From assembly GCA_050013475.1 (NCBI GenBank), contig JBEKFE010000009.1, positions 60,383 to 124,382 on the forward strand: a stretch of 64,000 nt of DNA, written 5' to 3'. Position numbers and translations under genes: made by a program. This document shows positions 1-8,811 of this stretch, piece by piece (within the stretch, counting starts at the first letter, position 1; each line of letters starts with the position of its first letter). The stretch comes from Bacteroidales bacterium (GTDB taxonomy: Bacteria > Bacteroidota > Bacteroidia > Bacteroidales > VadinHA17). Under the pieces are notes generated by a model. That model had not been told where the DNA came from. It worked only from the letters and a program-made list of their open reading frames with translations, and did not search any database.

Positions 1-1039
1 AAGACCTGTTGGCCCAGGCTGCTCCTCTTTTGCTGTTCATGATGTTTTATTGTACACCCAGGAGCAGCGGGGTGAATTCGAGATGGTTACTTGTTACAAT
101 CTGAATACCGGAAAGCCTGTGTGGCGTCACGGCGATAAAGCGCGTTTCTGGGATTCACATGCGGGCGCCGGACCCCGTTCGACACCAACTCTGAGCAAAG
201 GTCGTGTATACACATTAGGCGCAACAGGCATTCTTAACGTGCTTGATGAACGTAATGGTGATGTCGTGTGGTCGCGTCATGCGGCAAAAGACACTGATGT
301 AAAGATTCCGGGATGGGGATATACCAGTTCCCCGCTGGTGGTTGACAGTATTGTAACGGTTGCCATTGCAGGTCAGATCGTTGCTTATGACACAAAAACA
401 GGCAAACTACGTTGGTCTGCACCTGATGGTGGAGAAAGCTATAGCTCACCACAATTAATGACAATTGACAGCATTAAGCAGGTACTATTCATAAATAAAA
501 CCAGTGCAACCAGCTATTTACCTGGAGATGGTAAGATTTTATGGAAGGTGCCGATGAATGGTGTACCCATTGTTCAGCCAGCCCTGGCAAGCGAAAGTGA
601 TATCCTGATAAGCGAAGTAGATGAACAGGGTGGAAAAGGGATGCGTCGTGTCTCAGTCAGGAACGGACCTGACGGATGGAAAACTGAAGAACGCTGGATA
701 TCAGACAGGCTGAAGCCCTACTTTAACGATTTTGTTGTGCACAAAGGTAATGCTTTCGGCTTTGAAGGGCCATATCTCACCTGTATTGATATTGAGAAAG
801 GCAATCGTAAATGGAAAGGAGGACGCTACGGGGGTCAGCTTATCCTGCTTGCCGATCAGGATCTGCTGCTCGTGCTTTCGGAAAAAGGAGAGCTGGTATT
901 GGTCAGTGCGACCCCTGAAAAATACAAAGAGCTTGCACGGTTCCCAGCAATTAAGGGCAAGACATGGAATCATCCTGTATTGACCGGCAATGTCCTGCTG
1001 GTCCGGAACAGTCAGGAAATGGCAGCATTCAAGTTATAA
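1..1039 (+). CDS. PQQ-like beta-propeller repeat protein (BamB-like fold), 5' end outside the window
   Basis: The frame of ORF 50..1039 stays open back to base 2. Repeated blade motifs are present: [39 protein letters not shown]. Confidence 0.7.
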   Translation, partial: RPVGPGCSSFAVHDVLLYTQEQRGEFEMVTCYNLNTGKPVWRHGDKARFWDSHAGAGPRSTPTLSKGRVYTLGATGILNVLDERNGDVVWSRHAAKDTDVKIPGWGYTSSPLVVDSIVTVAIAGQIVAYDTKTGKLRWSAPDGGESYSSPQLMTIDSIKQVLFINKTSATSYLPGDGKILWKVPMNGVPIVQPALASESDILISEVDEQGGKGMRRVSVRNGPDGWKTEERWISDRLKPYFNDFVVHKGNAFGFEGPYLTCIDIEKGNRKWKGGRYGGQLILLADQDLLLVLSEKGELVLVSATPEKYKELARFPAIKGKTWNHPVLTGNVLLVRNSQEMAAFKL

Positions 1040-1155
1040 CACCAACCCACTCATTGCTTTCCGCCCCTGTAATTATAATCCTTCATCATAATTTTGACAG
1101 TAATTGGTAAAATAAGTAGATTTGGACCGGCTTAGTTATAACTTATTTGATAGCT

Positions 1156-1350
1156 ATGAAGGAAGATAAATTAAATACTATCGAGGAGTATATTCAACAG
1201 CAGCCAGAGAGTATCCGCCCAAAGCTTCAAAATATCCGCGGAACGCAACATCAGATCAGCTAAGCTGAAAAAGGAGGCAAAGAAAAACAATAGCAAGTAG
1301 ATTAATACAGATATTTTCTTTAAACTTCCGTCTGGAAACATAATAATTTT
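1156..1350 (+). pseudogene. Decayed N-terminal remnant of a DUF1801/YdhG-like gene
   Basis: 1156..1263 reads MKEDKLNTIEEYIQQQPESIRPKLQNIRGTQHQIS*. A shifted frame from 1301 reads INTDIFFKLPSGNIII, which resembles the family's ISYxMPTFKLNGNLV segment. The rest of the domain is absent. Confidence 0.3.
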
Positions 1351-1364
1351 AACCCAATCGTAAA

Positions 1365-2393
1365 TTGCGGACATTGATTAAGCCGATCCGCCGTACAGGC
1401 AAATACTGGGGCAAACATACGCTGGTATTATTGCTGCTTTCTTTGTTCAGCATTAATGTCGCATCTCAGAATAAGGACGATGCTGATTCATTGCGATCTG
1501 CAAATGCGGATACTGCAAGGAAAAATATTTCAATTCATAAATCGTCGGACAATTTCTACAAGGCTGACAGTATTTTTTCATTCAGGTCTCCTAAAGGATA
1601 TTTTCCTTCCCTCTTAAGAAATATTAGTCAACAGGCTGAAGCCCCTTTTCATTTTACTGGCAAACAATGGATAATAGTTGGCGCCTCCGCAGGAATCACC
1701 ATTGCGCTTTTTCAGGTCGATGGTGAAATCGATGAATGGGCCAGGGTCCAGAAACAGGAACATGAATGGGTGCATGTATTGTCACCTGCCATAACAAAAC
1801 TTGGTGGCGATATCGGGATCTATTCGGTCATTGGATTCGGTCTGGGAAGTGCTGCATTCAGGAATCAGAAAGGGGTGCAGACAAGTCTCCTTGCAACGCA
1901 GGCAGTGATTACTTCGGGGATCTGGGCCCGGATTATCAAGCTTCTTACAGGCAGAGAAAGGCCCCTTGCTGACTATGTAAACAGTAAAAGTGAAAGCGGT
2001 CACTGGTACGGACCATTTGCAATGTTCAACCAGGACCCGGCTGCGAAAAAGTCGGCTTCCTCGTTTGATGCCTTTCCTTCCGGTCACACGGCTACTGCAT
2101 TCTCCATTGCCACAGTATTTGCAACGCAATACAAGGATATAAAGATAGTGCCGATAATAAGTTATTCCCTGGCAACGCTTGTTGGAATATCCAGGCTCAC
2201 CGAACATGAACACTGGTCATCCGATGTTTTTGTGGGGGGTCTTTTAGGCTGGGCCTGCGGAAAACAGGTGACATCGAGCTTCAACAAGCTCCATTCTGAT
2301 AAAACTTCCTCTACTCACCCGAAATCAAAAAACAAACCTGAAGTGACAATAATTGAAAACGGCAGCAGAGTCGGATTATCAGTGCGGTTCTGA
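1365..2393 (+). CDS. PAP2-family (type 2 phosphatidic acid) phosphatase, membrane or secreted
   Basis: PAP2 signature motifs KLLTGRERP, PSGH and SRLTEHEHWSSDV. N-terminal signal-like helix. TTG start. Confidence 0.8.
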   Translation: MRTLIKPIRRTGKYWGKHTLVLLLLSLFSINVASQNKDDADSLRSANADTARKNISIHKSSDNFYKADSIFSFRSPKGYFPSLLRNISQQAEAPFHFTGKQWIIVGASAGITIALFQVDGEIDEWARVQKQEHEWVHVLSPAITKLGGDIGIYSVIGFGLGSAAFRNQKGVQTSLLATQAVITSGIWARIIKLLTGRERPLADYVNSKSESGHWYGPFAMFNQDPAAKKSASSFDAFPSGHTATAFSIATVFATQYKDIKIVPIISYSLATLVGISRLTEHEHWSSDVFVGGLLGWACGKQVTSSFNKLHSDKTSSTHPKSKNKPEVTIIENGSRVGLSVRF

Positions 2394-2864
2394 TCTTGCA
2401 GGAAGACCCTGGGTGCCCGTATCCAGAACAAATTTCCATTTCCCGTCATTCTGTCGCTGCCAGACGGTAAGATATGTTCCGGTTTCCTCCTCCCCGGTAG
2501 ATATTACGCGGCTTTTATAATATCCCCAGGTATATCCGAGATCTCCGCTTTCTGCAATTTTCTCAAAAGCCGGCTTCCAGGTGAGGACAAAAGCCGTATC
2601 GCTGTGTATCGAGTAGAGGTCCGCCAGGGAGTTCCTTCCGACAAGCGGCCATGCATTATCCCGGAGAATAACGCCGCTGTCGGCGATAAATGAGAGAAAC
2701 GCCTTGTGCATTCCTTCCTTCCCGGAAAGTGCCGAGAATTCGCTGTCTGCATTCATCAGCTGACCTTTGAATGATCGTTTCACGGATTTTATGCAACTAA
2801 TTGTCAAAAATAAAATCGCTATGAAAACAAAAAACATTATATTGAACCCGTGCTTTTTTCTCAT
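2379..2864 (-). CDS. DUF4440 / SnoaL-like (NTF2 fold) protein with signal peptide
   Basis: N-terminal hydrophobic helix with Cys. The conserved C-terminal block GDLGYTWGYY...GTYLTVWQRQNDGKWKFVLDTG is typical of DUF4440. Confidence 0.6.
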   Translation of the reverse strand: MRKKHGFNIMFFVFIAILFLTISCIKSVKRSFKGQLMNADSEFSALSGKEGMHKAFLSFIADSGVILRDNAWPLVGRNSLADLYSIHSDTAFVLTWKPAFEKIAESGDLGYTWGYYKSRVISTGEEETGTYLTVWQRQNDGKWKFVLDTGTQGLPARSEPH

Positions 2865-2900
2865 ATGCCTGATGATTAAAACTAAAATTATAACCTCTTC

Positions 2901-3773
2901 ATGACAAAGCTATATCAAAAACTTATAAAAAAATGTCCTGCGGAATCAGAAATCAGGAAAGGACTAAAATCGGCCTATACTGATATTTCCGGCGTTCTTG
3001 ACAGGAAGCTCCTGATGGACATTCTAAGCGTCATCGACCTTACAAGTCTCAATACCACCGACAACAAAAGTCATATCCTCCATTTGACGGGAAAAGTAAA
3101 CAGCTTTCATGCCAGGTATAAAGATATCCCTAATGTCGCTGCCATTTGCATTTATCCCAATTTTGTTCCCTTTGTCAAAGAAAAGCTGACTGCAAAAAAT
3201 GTCAGGATAGTCGCTGTGGCAGGCGCATTCCCTTCGTCACAGACATTTCGTTCTATAAAGGTTTCTGAATGCAAGCTGGCTGTTGATTCAGGTGCAGATG
3301 AGATAGATATGGTTATTCCTATAGGAGCATTTCTTGGTAATGATTTTGCAGCTGTAGCTGACGAGATAAGGGAGATAAAGGATGCGATCGGCGAGGCTCA
3401 GCTTAAGGTAATAGTCGAATCAGGTTTACTGAATGATCATGAACAGGTGTTCAATGCATCGATGATCGCAATGGACGCCGGTGCAGATTTTATTAAGACC
3501 TCAACCGGGAAAATAAATGTCTCTGCAACACCGGATGCGGCTTTTGTTATGTGCAGGGCAATATCAGTTTTTTATTCCGAAACCGGGATAAAGGTCGGGT
3601 TCAAACCGGCCGGAGGAATTGTCACCTCGGGTGATGCTGCAATCTATTTTAATATTGTCAGGAATATACTGGGCGAAGAATGGCTCAGTCCTAAACTCTT
3701 CCGGATCGGGGCCAGCCGTCTTGCAAACAATATCCTGTCGGATATCCTTGGCTGCCGTGCCGATCATTTCTAG
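2901..3773 (+). CDS. deoC: Deoxyribose-phosphate aldolase (long form)
   Basis: DLTSLN motif, EIDMVI, and the Schiff-base lysine context FIKTSTGK. Confidence 0.85.
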   Translation: MTKLYQKLIKKCPAESEIRKGLKSAYTDISGVLDRKLLMDILSVIDLTSLNTTDNKSHILHLTGKVNSFHARYKDIPNVAAICIYPNFVPFVKEKLTAKNVRIVAVAGAFPSSQTFRSIKVSECKLAVDSGADEIDMVIPIGAFLGNDFAAVADEIREIKDAIGEAQLKVIVESGLLNDHEQVFNASMIAMDAGADFIKTSTGKINVSATPDAAFVMCRAISVFYSETGIKVGFKPAGGIVTSGDAAIYFNIVRNILGEEWLSPKLFRIGASRLANNILSDILGCRADHF

Positions 3774-3828
3774 AATATAATTCACTATTTTTGCCGGTGC
3801 TTTAATATTTATCAATGCACCGGTATTT

Positions 3829-4815
3829 ATGCAGGATACCATCCGACAGAAGATTCTGACCGGTAACGACAGCCTTAAGGGAGTGCCGGTGAAAGCTTCT
3901 GTGAAGGCAGATAGTGTGAAAAACAGTGCCGTAAAGTATCAGCACTCTTTCAGTAAACATGATATAACCGATACGGTTTCAGACTGTTCCAGAACTATTT
4001 TTGCGGACATGACGTTCCGGGACTCATCAGGTTTTGCCGGGAATATTAAAACTCTGAAAACGGAAGAGTTCCCGTTTAATTTCATTGCGAAAACCCAGGA
4101 TATCAATTCAAAGAAACAGGAGGTATTACTGAAAACTCTCAGGGAAGGCCAGTCAATGCCTGCTGAACAGCTCAAGGCAGACTGGATAGTTCCAATACTG
4201 TTCTTTTCAGCACTCCTGCTCGGTGTTGTAAGATCTGTCCCGGGTAATTATTTCAGGAATATGTTCAGGTTCCTGTTCATGCGCGGAATAAATGAAAATG
4301 CCTCGCGCGATACGGGAGTTTTATTCCAGTGGCAATCAACTCTTATAAATCTTTCAGCATTCATATCAATCAGCATGTTCTGCTACCTGCTGCTCAGACA
4401 CTATGATATTTCTATTCCCGGGGTGAGCTGCCTGGTGACATGGCTGATCTGTTTTGCAATCATCATTTCAGCTGTTACCCTCAGGCATATGGTCTGCAAC
4501 ATTACAGGAAGCATCAGTGATGAACAGGAGATCTTCAGGGAGTATATTGTTGGCATTTATCAGGTGTACCGTTTCGGAGGAATATTATTCTTGCTTCTTT
4601 CGGTTTTGATCCTTTACACGGTCACAGTACCGGTCAGCATATATTTTGTTACAGGAGTTATATTTGCGGGATTGCTCTATATCCTCCGTATAATAAGGCT
4701 CTTTTTAATTTTTATAAGGAGGCGTGTATCATTATTGTATTTGATTTTATACCTTTGTGCCCTAGAAATTCTCCCTGTCGTGATATTGGTGAAATACGTT
4801 ACAGGATTAGTATAG
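3829..4815 (+). CDS. DUF4271-like multi-pass membrane protein
   Basis: C-terminal half has about 6 hydrophobic helices. It sits directly upstream of hemD-like and rnpA, a Bacteroidota-typical arrangement. Confidence 0.55.
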   Translation: MQDTIRQKILTGNDSLKGVPVKASVKADSVKNSAVKYQHSFSKHDITDTVSDCSRTIFADMTFRDSSGFAGNIKTLKTEEFPFNFIAKTQDINSKKQEVLLKTLREGQSMPAEQLKADWIVPILFFSALLLGVVRSVPGNYFRNMFRFLFMRGINENASRDTGVLFQWQSTLINLSAFISISMFCYLLLRHYDISIPGVSCLVTWLICFAIIISAVTLRHMVCNITGSISDEQEIFREYIVGIYQVYRFGGILFLLLSVLILYTVTVPVSIYFVTGVIFAGLLYILRIIRLFLIFIRRRVSLLYLILYLCALEILPVVILVKYVTGLV

Positions 4816-4860
4816 AGGTTGGAAATTCTTTTTTGAAGGTCAAACTAAATCTGTAAAAGC

Positions 4861-5613
4861 TTGAAAATAAGGAAGATTTTAGTCTCTCAGCCGGAGCCTC
4901 AGAATTCGAAATCCCCGTATTTTGAACTGGCAAAAAAGTACAATCTGAGGATAGATTTCAAGTCATTCATCGAGATTGAAGGCATATCTGTAAAGGATTT
5001 CAGGCAGCAGAAGATCAATATCCTTGATTTTACCGCAGTTATATTCTCCAGCAGAACCGGCATCGATCACTTCTTCAGGATCTGCAACGAACTCAGGATC
5101 GTCATTCCTGATACAATGAAGTATTTCTGCATAACTGAGAATGTAGCCTTTTACCTGCAGAAGTATATTGTTTACAGGAAGAGAAAGATCTTTCACGGAA
5201 AAGCGAAATTCCAGGATCTGATAGACATTATTGTGAAGCATCGAGAGGATAATTATTTTGTCCCTCTATCTGAACCTCATAATACGGAGATACCTGATCT
5301 TCTTGATAAAAATGGTATTAAATATACTGTCGGGACGCTTTACAGGACAATAAGCAGCAACATATCGAACGTGAAGGATTTCGATTATGATATCCTCGTT
5401 TTTTACAGCCCCTCAGGGATCAAATCCCTTAGGGAGAACTTCCCGGATTTTAAACAGGGTGACATTAAAATTGCTGCATTCGGTCCCACTACGGCAAGCG
5501 CAGTTGAACAGGAAGGACTCAGGCTGGATATCCATGCGCCCAATCCCAAGGCACCCTCGATGACAATGGCAATCGATGAGTATCTTAAGGACTTCAACAG
5601 GAACCTGAAGTAG
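4861..5613 (+). CDS. hemD: Uroporphyrinogen-III synthase (HemD family)
   Basis: The N-terminus KILVSQP and the length and overall pattern fit the HemD family. TTG start. Confidence 0.7.
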   Translation: MKIRKILVSQPEPQNSKSPYFELAKKYNLRIDFKSFIEIEGISVKDFRQQKINILDFTAVIFSSRTGIDHFFRICNELRIVIPDTMKYFCITENVAFYLQKYIVYRKRKIFHGKAKFQDLIDIIVKHREDNYFVPLSEPHNTEIPDLLDKNGIKYTVGTLYRTISSNISNVKDFDYDILVFYSPSGIKSLRENFPDFKQGDIKIAAFGPTTASAVEQEGLRLDIHAPNPKAPSMTMAIDEYLKDFNRNLK

Positions 5614-5644
5614 ACATTTTAGTCATCACCGGTTGTCTCATATC

Positions 5645-6052
5645 ATGCCTGATAAATCCGAGACATTCAGAAAAAATGAACGGCTTTGCAATAAAAAGGC
5701 AATAGCCGAACTGTTTGAGAACGGTATCTCATTTTATTCCTTTCCCTTTCAGATCATCTGGATTAAATCGCCCGATGAACTTACCCCCCCTGCCCGGGTA
5801 GCAATAAGTGTCTCAAAAAAATACTTCAGAAGGGCAGTCAGAAGAAATCTTATCCGAAGGAGAATAAGGGAGGCTTACAGGAGGAACAAATATATCCTTT
5901 ATGAATTCCTGGGCTCAAGGAATGTCAGTATCATTTTTATAATAATCTTCAAGGATAAAACAATCCCTGAATATACTGTCATCGAAAAAACCATTCGCGA
6001 CAGCATAGGGAAGCTGATCGCAGATATCACAAACAAAGAGCCGGTTTGTTAA
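5645..6052 (+). CDS. rnpA: Ribonuclease P protein component
   Basis: FRKNERL...F motif at the N-terminus and a basic RRAVRRNLIRRRIREAYR block. ATG at 5645 preferred over the TTG at 5633. Confidence 0.85.
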   Translation: MPDKSETFRKNERLCNKKAIAELFENGISFYSFPFQIIWIKSPDELTPPARVAISVSKKYFRRAVRRNLIRRRIREAYRRNKYILYEFLGSRNVSIIFIIIFKDKTIPEYTVIEKTIRDSIGKLIADITNKEPVC

Positions 6053-6132
6053 AATTGTCATAAATCACTTCATTTCAACTCTTTTACAATAATTTCTTGC
6101 TATTTTCGCAATCTTCAAATATGGATAACGGG

Positions 6133-7875
6133 ATGAAAAAAATCAGAACAGGGAAAGCGGCAATTGTCTTCACATTTGTTTTTGTGGCCACAATATGCGT
6201 GGCGTTCCTGGCCACACAGGAATCAAGGGATTTCAGGATAGGAAAGAACCTCGATATATTCTTTTCTATGTTCAGGGAGCTTAATACATTTTATGTTGAT
6301 GATATTAACCCGGATAAGATCATTAAAACAGGCATAGACAATATGCTCAAGACTCTTGACCCTTACACAGTTTACCTCCCTGAATCGGAGGCTGATGAGT
6401 TCAGTATCATGACTACAGGAAAGTACGGCGGAATAGGGTGCCTGGTGCGCTCGTCAGGTGATTATGCCGTTATAACTGATATTTACAGGGGATTCCCGGC
6501 CGACCTTGCAGGGATAAAGCCAGGTGATATTGTAAAGAAAGTCGATGGCAACACCTTAAAGTCAATAGGACCTGACAAGATCAGCGATAAGCTTAAGGGA
6601 GATCCTGGAACAGATGTGACTCTTACAATAGAAAGGAACGGCAAAGAGTCGGATTATTCGATGAAAAGAGCCCGGATAGCCCTTCCTCCAGTTCCATATT
6701 ACGGGATGATCGATTCAAAAACAGGATATATCAGATTTACAAATTTCACCGAGAACTGTATAGACGAAGTCAAAAAAGCTCTCGTTTCACTCAAGGCTGA
6801 TAACCCCCAGGCTATTATCCTTGACCTTCGGGGGAATCCAGGCGGGCTTTTGACGGAAGCTGTGGAGATTGTAAATCTTTTTGTCGGCCCGGGAAATGAA
6901 GTTGTAAGTACAAAAGGCAAGAGTAAGCAATTCGCGGCTGACTACCGGACAACATCACAGGCTGTGGATGAAAAGATCCCGCTTGTCGTAATAATTAACA
7001 GGGGATCTGCTTCAGCTGCTGAAATTGTTGCAGGAGCAATCCAGGATCTCGACAGGGGTATAATACTGGGGCAGCGTTCCTACGGAAAAGGCCTTGTGCA
7101 GATAGTGAGGCCGCTTAGCTATAATACACAGCTTAAGGTCACAACTGCCAAATATTATATACCAAGCGGCAGATGTATTCAGGCACTTGATTATTCACAC
7201 CCGAATGAGGATGGTAGTGTAGGGGTGATACCAGATTCGCTTATTTCAGTATTCAAAACAAAAAATGGCAGGCAGGTAAAAGATGGCGGTGGTATAGCTC
7301 CGGATATTGAGGTGGTGCCCGAAACGCTCAGCCAGATAGCCACTGAACTTTATATGAGAAACTATATTTTTGATTTTGCAACCCGGTATTACTGGACTCA
7401 CCCGGATATAAAATCACCAGAACAGTTCAGGCTTTCCGACCAGGATTATTCAGATTTCAAGAAATTCCTGACTGAACGCAAATTCAGTTATAAGACAGTC
7501 ACCGAGGAATCTTTCAGTGAAATGATATCAGATGCCAAAAAGGAAAAATATTACGACACGAACAGGGAGCTTTTCAATTCCCTGGAGAAGGGGATCACCC
7601 ACACTCTTGATCAGGATTTGGTTGCTTCCAGGCCAGAGATTTCTCAGCTTTTAGGCGAAGAGATCATTGCAAGATACTTTTATGAGGATGGGGCAATTGA
7701 ATGGACCCTCAGGAGCGACGAACAGGTAAAGAAAGCGATCAGTATCCTGGCAGATAAAAACATGTACAGCTCGATCCTTGAAAGCAAAATAGCTTCGATC
7801 CCGTCAAAGAACAGTAATAGTGTCTTCGCTGGTATCGGAAGGAAGAAAATTATGGCCGGTAAAAAATTTATCTGA
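6133..7875 (+). CDS. S41 family C-terminal processing peptidase
   Basis: PDZ-like segment (GDIVKKVDG), the DLRGNPGG motif, and the SASAAE catalytic-serine context. Start chosen at MKKIRTG; 6097 and 6121 are also possible. Confidence 0.85.
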   Translation: MKKIRTGKAAIVFTFVFVATICVAFLATQESRDFRIGKNLDIFFSMFRELNTFYVDDINPDKIIKTGIDNMLKTLDPYTVYLPESEADEFSIMTTGKYGGIGCLVRSSGDYAVITDIYRGFPADLAGIKPGDIVKKVDGNTLKSIGPDKISDKLKGDPGTDVTLTIERNGKESDYSMKRARIALPPVPYYGMIDSKTGYIRFTNFTENCIDEVKKALVSLKADNPQAIILDLRGNPGGLLTEAVEIVNLFVGPGNEVVSTKGKSKQFAADYRTTSQAVDEKIPLVVIINRGSASAAEIVAGAIQDLDRGIILGQRSYGKGLVQIVRPLSYNTQLKVTTAKYYIPSGRCIQALDYSHPNEDGSVGVIPDSLISVFKTKNGRQVKDGGGIAPDIEVVPETLSQIATELYMRNYIFDFATRYYWTHPDIKSPEQFRLSDQDYSDFKKFLTERKFSYKTVTEESFSEMISDAKKEKYYDTNRELFNSLEKGITHTLDQDLVASRPEISQLLGEEIIARYFYEDGAIEWTLRSDEQVKKAISILADKNMYSSILESKIASIPSKNSNSVFAGIGRKKIMAGKKFI

Positions 7876-8310
7876 TCACTGATCGCTTTCCTTCCAGCGG
7901 TAAGTATCATCACCGAAGAGCTCCTTCTTCCAGACAGGAAGTCGGGCTTTTATTTTTTCCACTGCTTCCCTGCATGCGCTTATTGCCTCTGAGCGATGGC
8001 CGGCAGAGACCATTACAAAAAGGGATATCTGGCCTGCTTTGACGACTCCATCAGAGTGAACAATGACAACAGATTTTACATCATTGAACTCTGAAAATAT
8101 CTCATTTTTTATATTCTCAGCCTCCTTACTGACCAGAGGATCATATGCAGAGTATTCAATCGCGGCAACCCGCTTTCCATCAATAATATCCTCTCTTACC
8201 TGCCCTATAAAAATATTAAGGCCTCCCGTGTTTTTCATAGCGCCGGCTTCGGTGATCCTGGCTGCAATCACATCGATACCTATCGACCCTTTTATGAGAA
8301 ATTCTGACAT
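7876..8310 (-). CDS. moaE: Molybdopterin synthase catalytic subunit MoaE
   Basis: GQVRE...GKRVAAIEYSAY...VSAGHRSEAISACREAVEKIKARLPVWKKE matches the MoaE pattern. Confidence 0.85.
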   Translation of the reverse strand: MSEFLIKGSIGIDVIAARITEAGAMKNTGGLNIFIGQVREDIIDGKRVAAIEYSAYDPLVSKEAENIKNEIFSEFNDVKSVVIVHSDGVVKAGQISLFVMVSAGHRSEAISACREAVEKIKARLPVWKKELFGDDTYRWKESDQ

Positions 8311-8332
8311 CTTGCCCTTTTCTTTATTTAAT

Positions 8333-8393
8333 TTAACTCTGCGTTCTCTGCGTATCCCGATAGCTATCGGGACTTTGCGTCCTCTGGGGTTAA
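8333..8393. repeat. 61-bp structured word-repeat element between moaD and moaE
   Basis: Sequence is TTAACTCTGCGTTCTCTGCGTA, then the 18-bp perfect palindrome tcccgatagctatcggga (8355..8372), then CTTTGCGTCCTCTGGGGTTAA. Confidence 0.75.
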
Positions 8394-8402
8394 ATCTGAA
8401 TC

Positions 8403-8636
8403 CTACCCTCCTGCAAATGGCGGAAGGAAAGCTATTTCATCACCATCTGACAGCAATCTGTCTTCATCTGTGATCTCATTATTTACAGAGATCCTGTAAC
8501 TGTAATGTATCATTTCAGGATAATCATCCGAAATACGTATCTTAAGATGCTCAAGGCTTTTGATCTCATTGTAAAATCTGGTCCCCGTGCCCGCCACTTC
8601 AGACAATATCCCGAAAAACAATACTGTGACTTTCAT
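8403..8636 (-). CDS. moaD: Molybdopterin synthase sulfur carrier subunit MoaD
   Basis: Small ThiS/MoaD-type protein ending in GG (FLPPFAGG). ATG at 8636 preferred over the TTG at 8648. Confidence 0.8.
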   Translation of the reverse strand: MKVTVLFFGILSEVAGTGTRFYNEIKSLEHLKIRISDDYPEMIHYSYRISVNNEITDEDRLLSDGDEIAFLPPFAGG

Positions 8637-8690
8637 TTCTTTTCCCAATTATTACTTCAATAATTATTTGGCATTATGCTTCTCAATTTG

Positions 8691-8803
8691 CCGTCATTCA
8701 GTTGTCATTGGCGCTGCGCGCGTCATTCATTGTCATTGGGCCGGAGTTTACCCCGAGTATCGGGGGCCGTCATTCAATTGCAACTGAATGACCACCGAAT
8801 GAC
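8691..8803. repeat. GTCATTC word array with two hairpins (between the polA 3' end and the moaD 5' end)
   Basis: CCGTCATTCAGTTGTCATTGG, CGTCATTCATTGTCATTGGG and CCGTCATTCAATTG, plus inverted CTGAATGACCACCGAATGAC. Hairpins at 8751..8765 (ccccga-gta-tcgggg) and 8769..8792. Confidence 0.7.
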
Positions 8804-8811
8804 TAATCTTC

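Noticed and set aside
1171-1374. A 67-aa minus-strand ORF in the gap before the PAP2 gene.
   Set aside because: It has a low-complexity hydrophobic sequence and lies antisense to the DUF1801-like remnant. No start context or motif supports it.
8649-8811. A possible Moco (molybdenum cofactor) riboswitch in the 163-nt leader of moaD.
   Set aside because: The region is structured, but it is explained by GTCATTC word repeats and hairpins shared with other loci. I could not recognise the conserved Moco-motif core by eye. An Rfam scan would be needed to revisit this.
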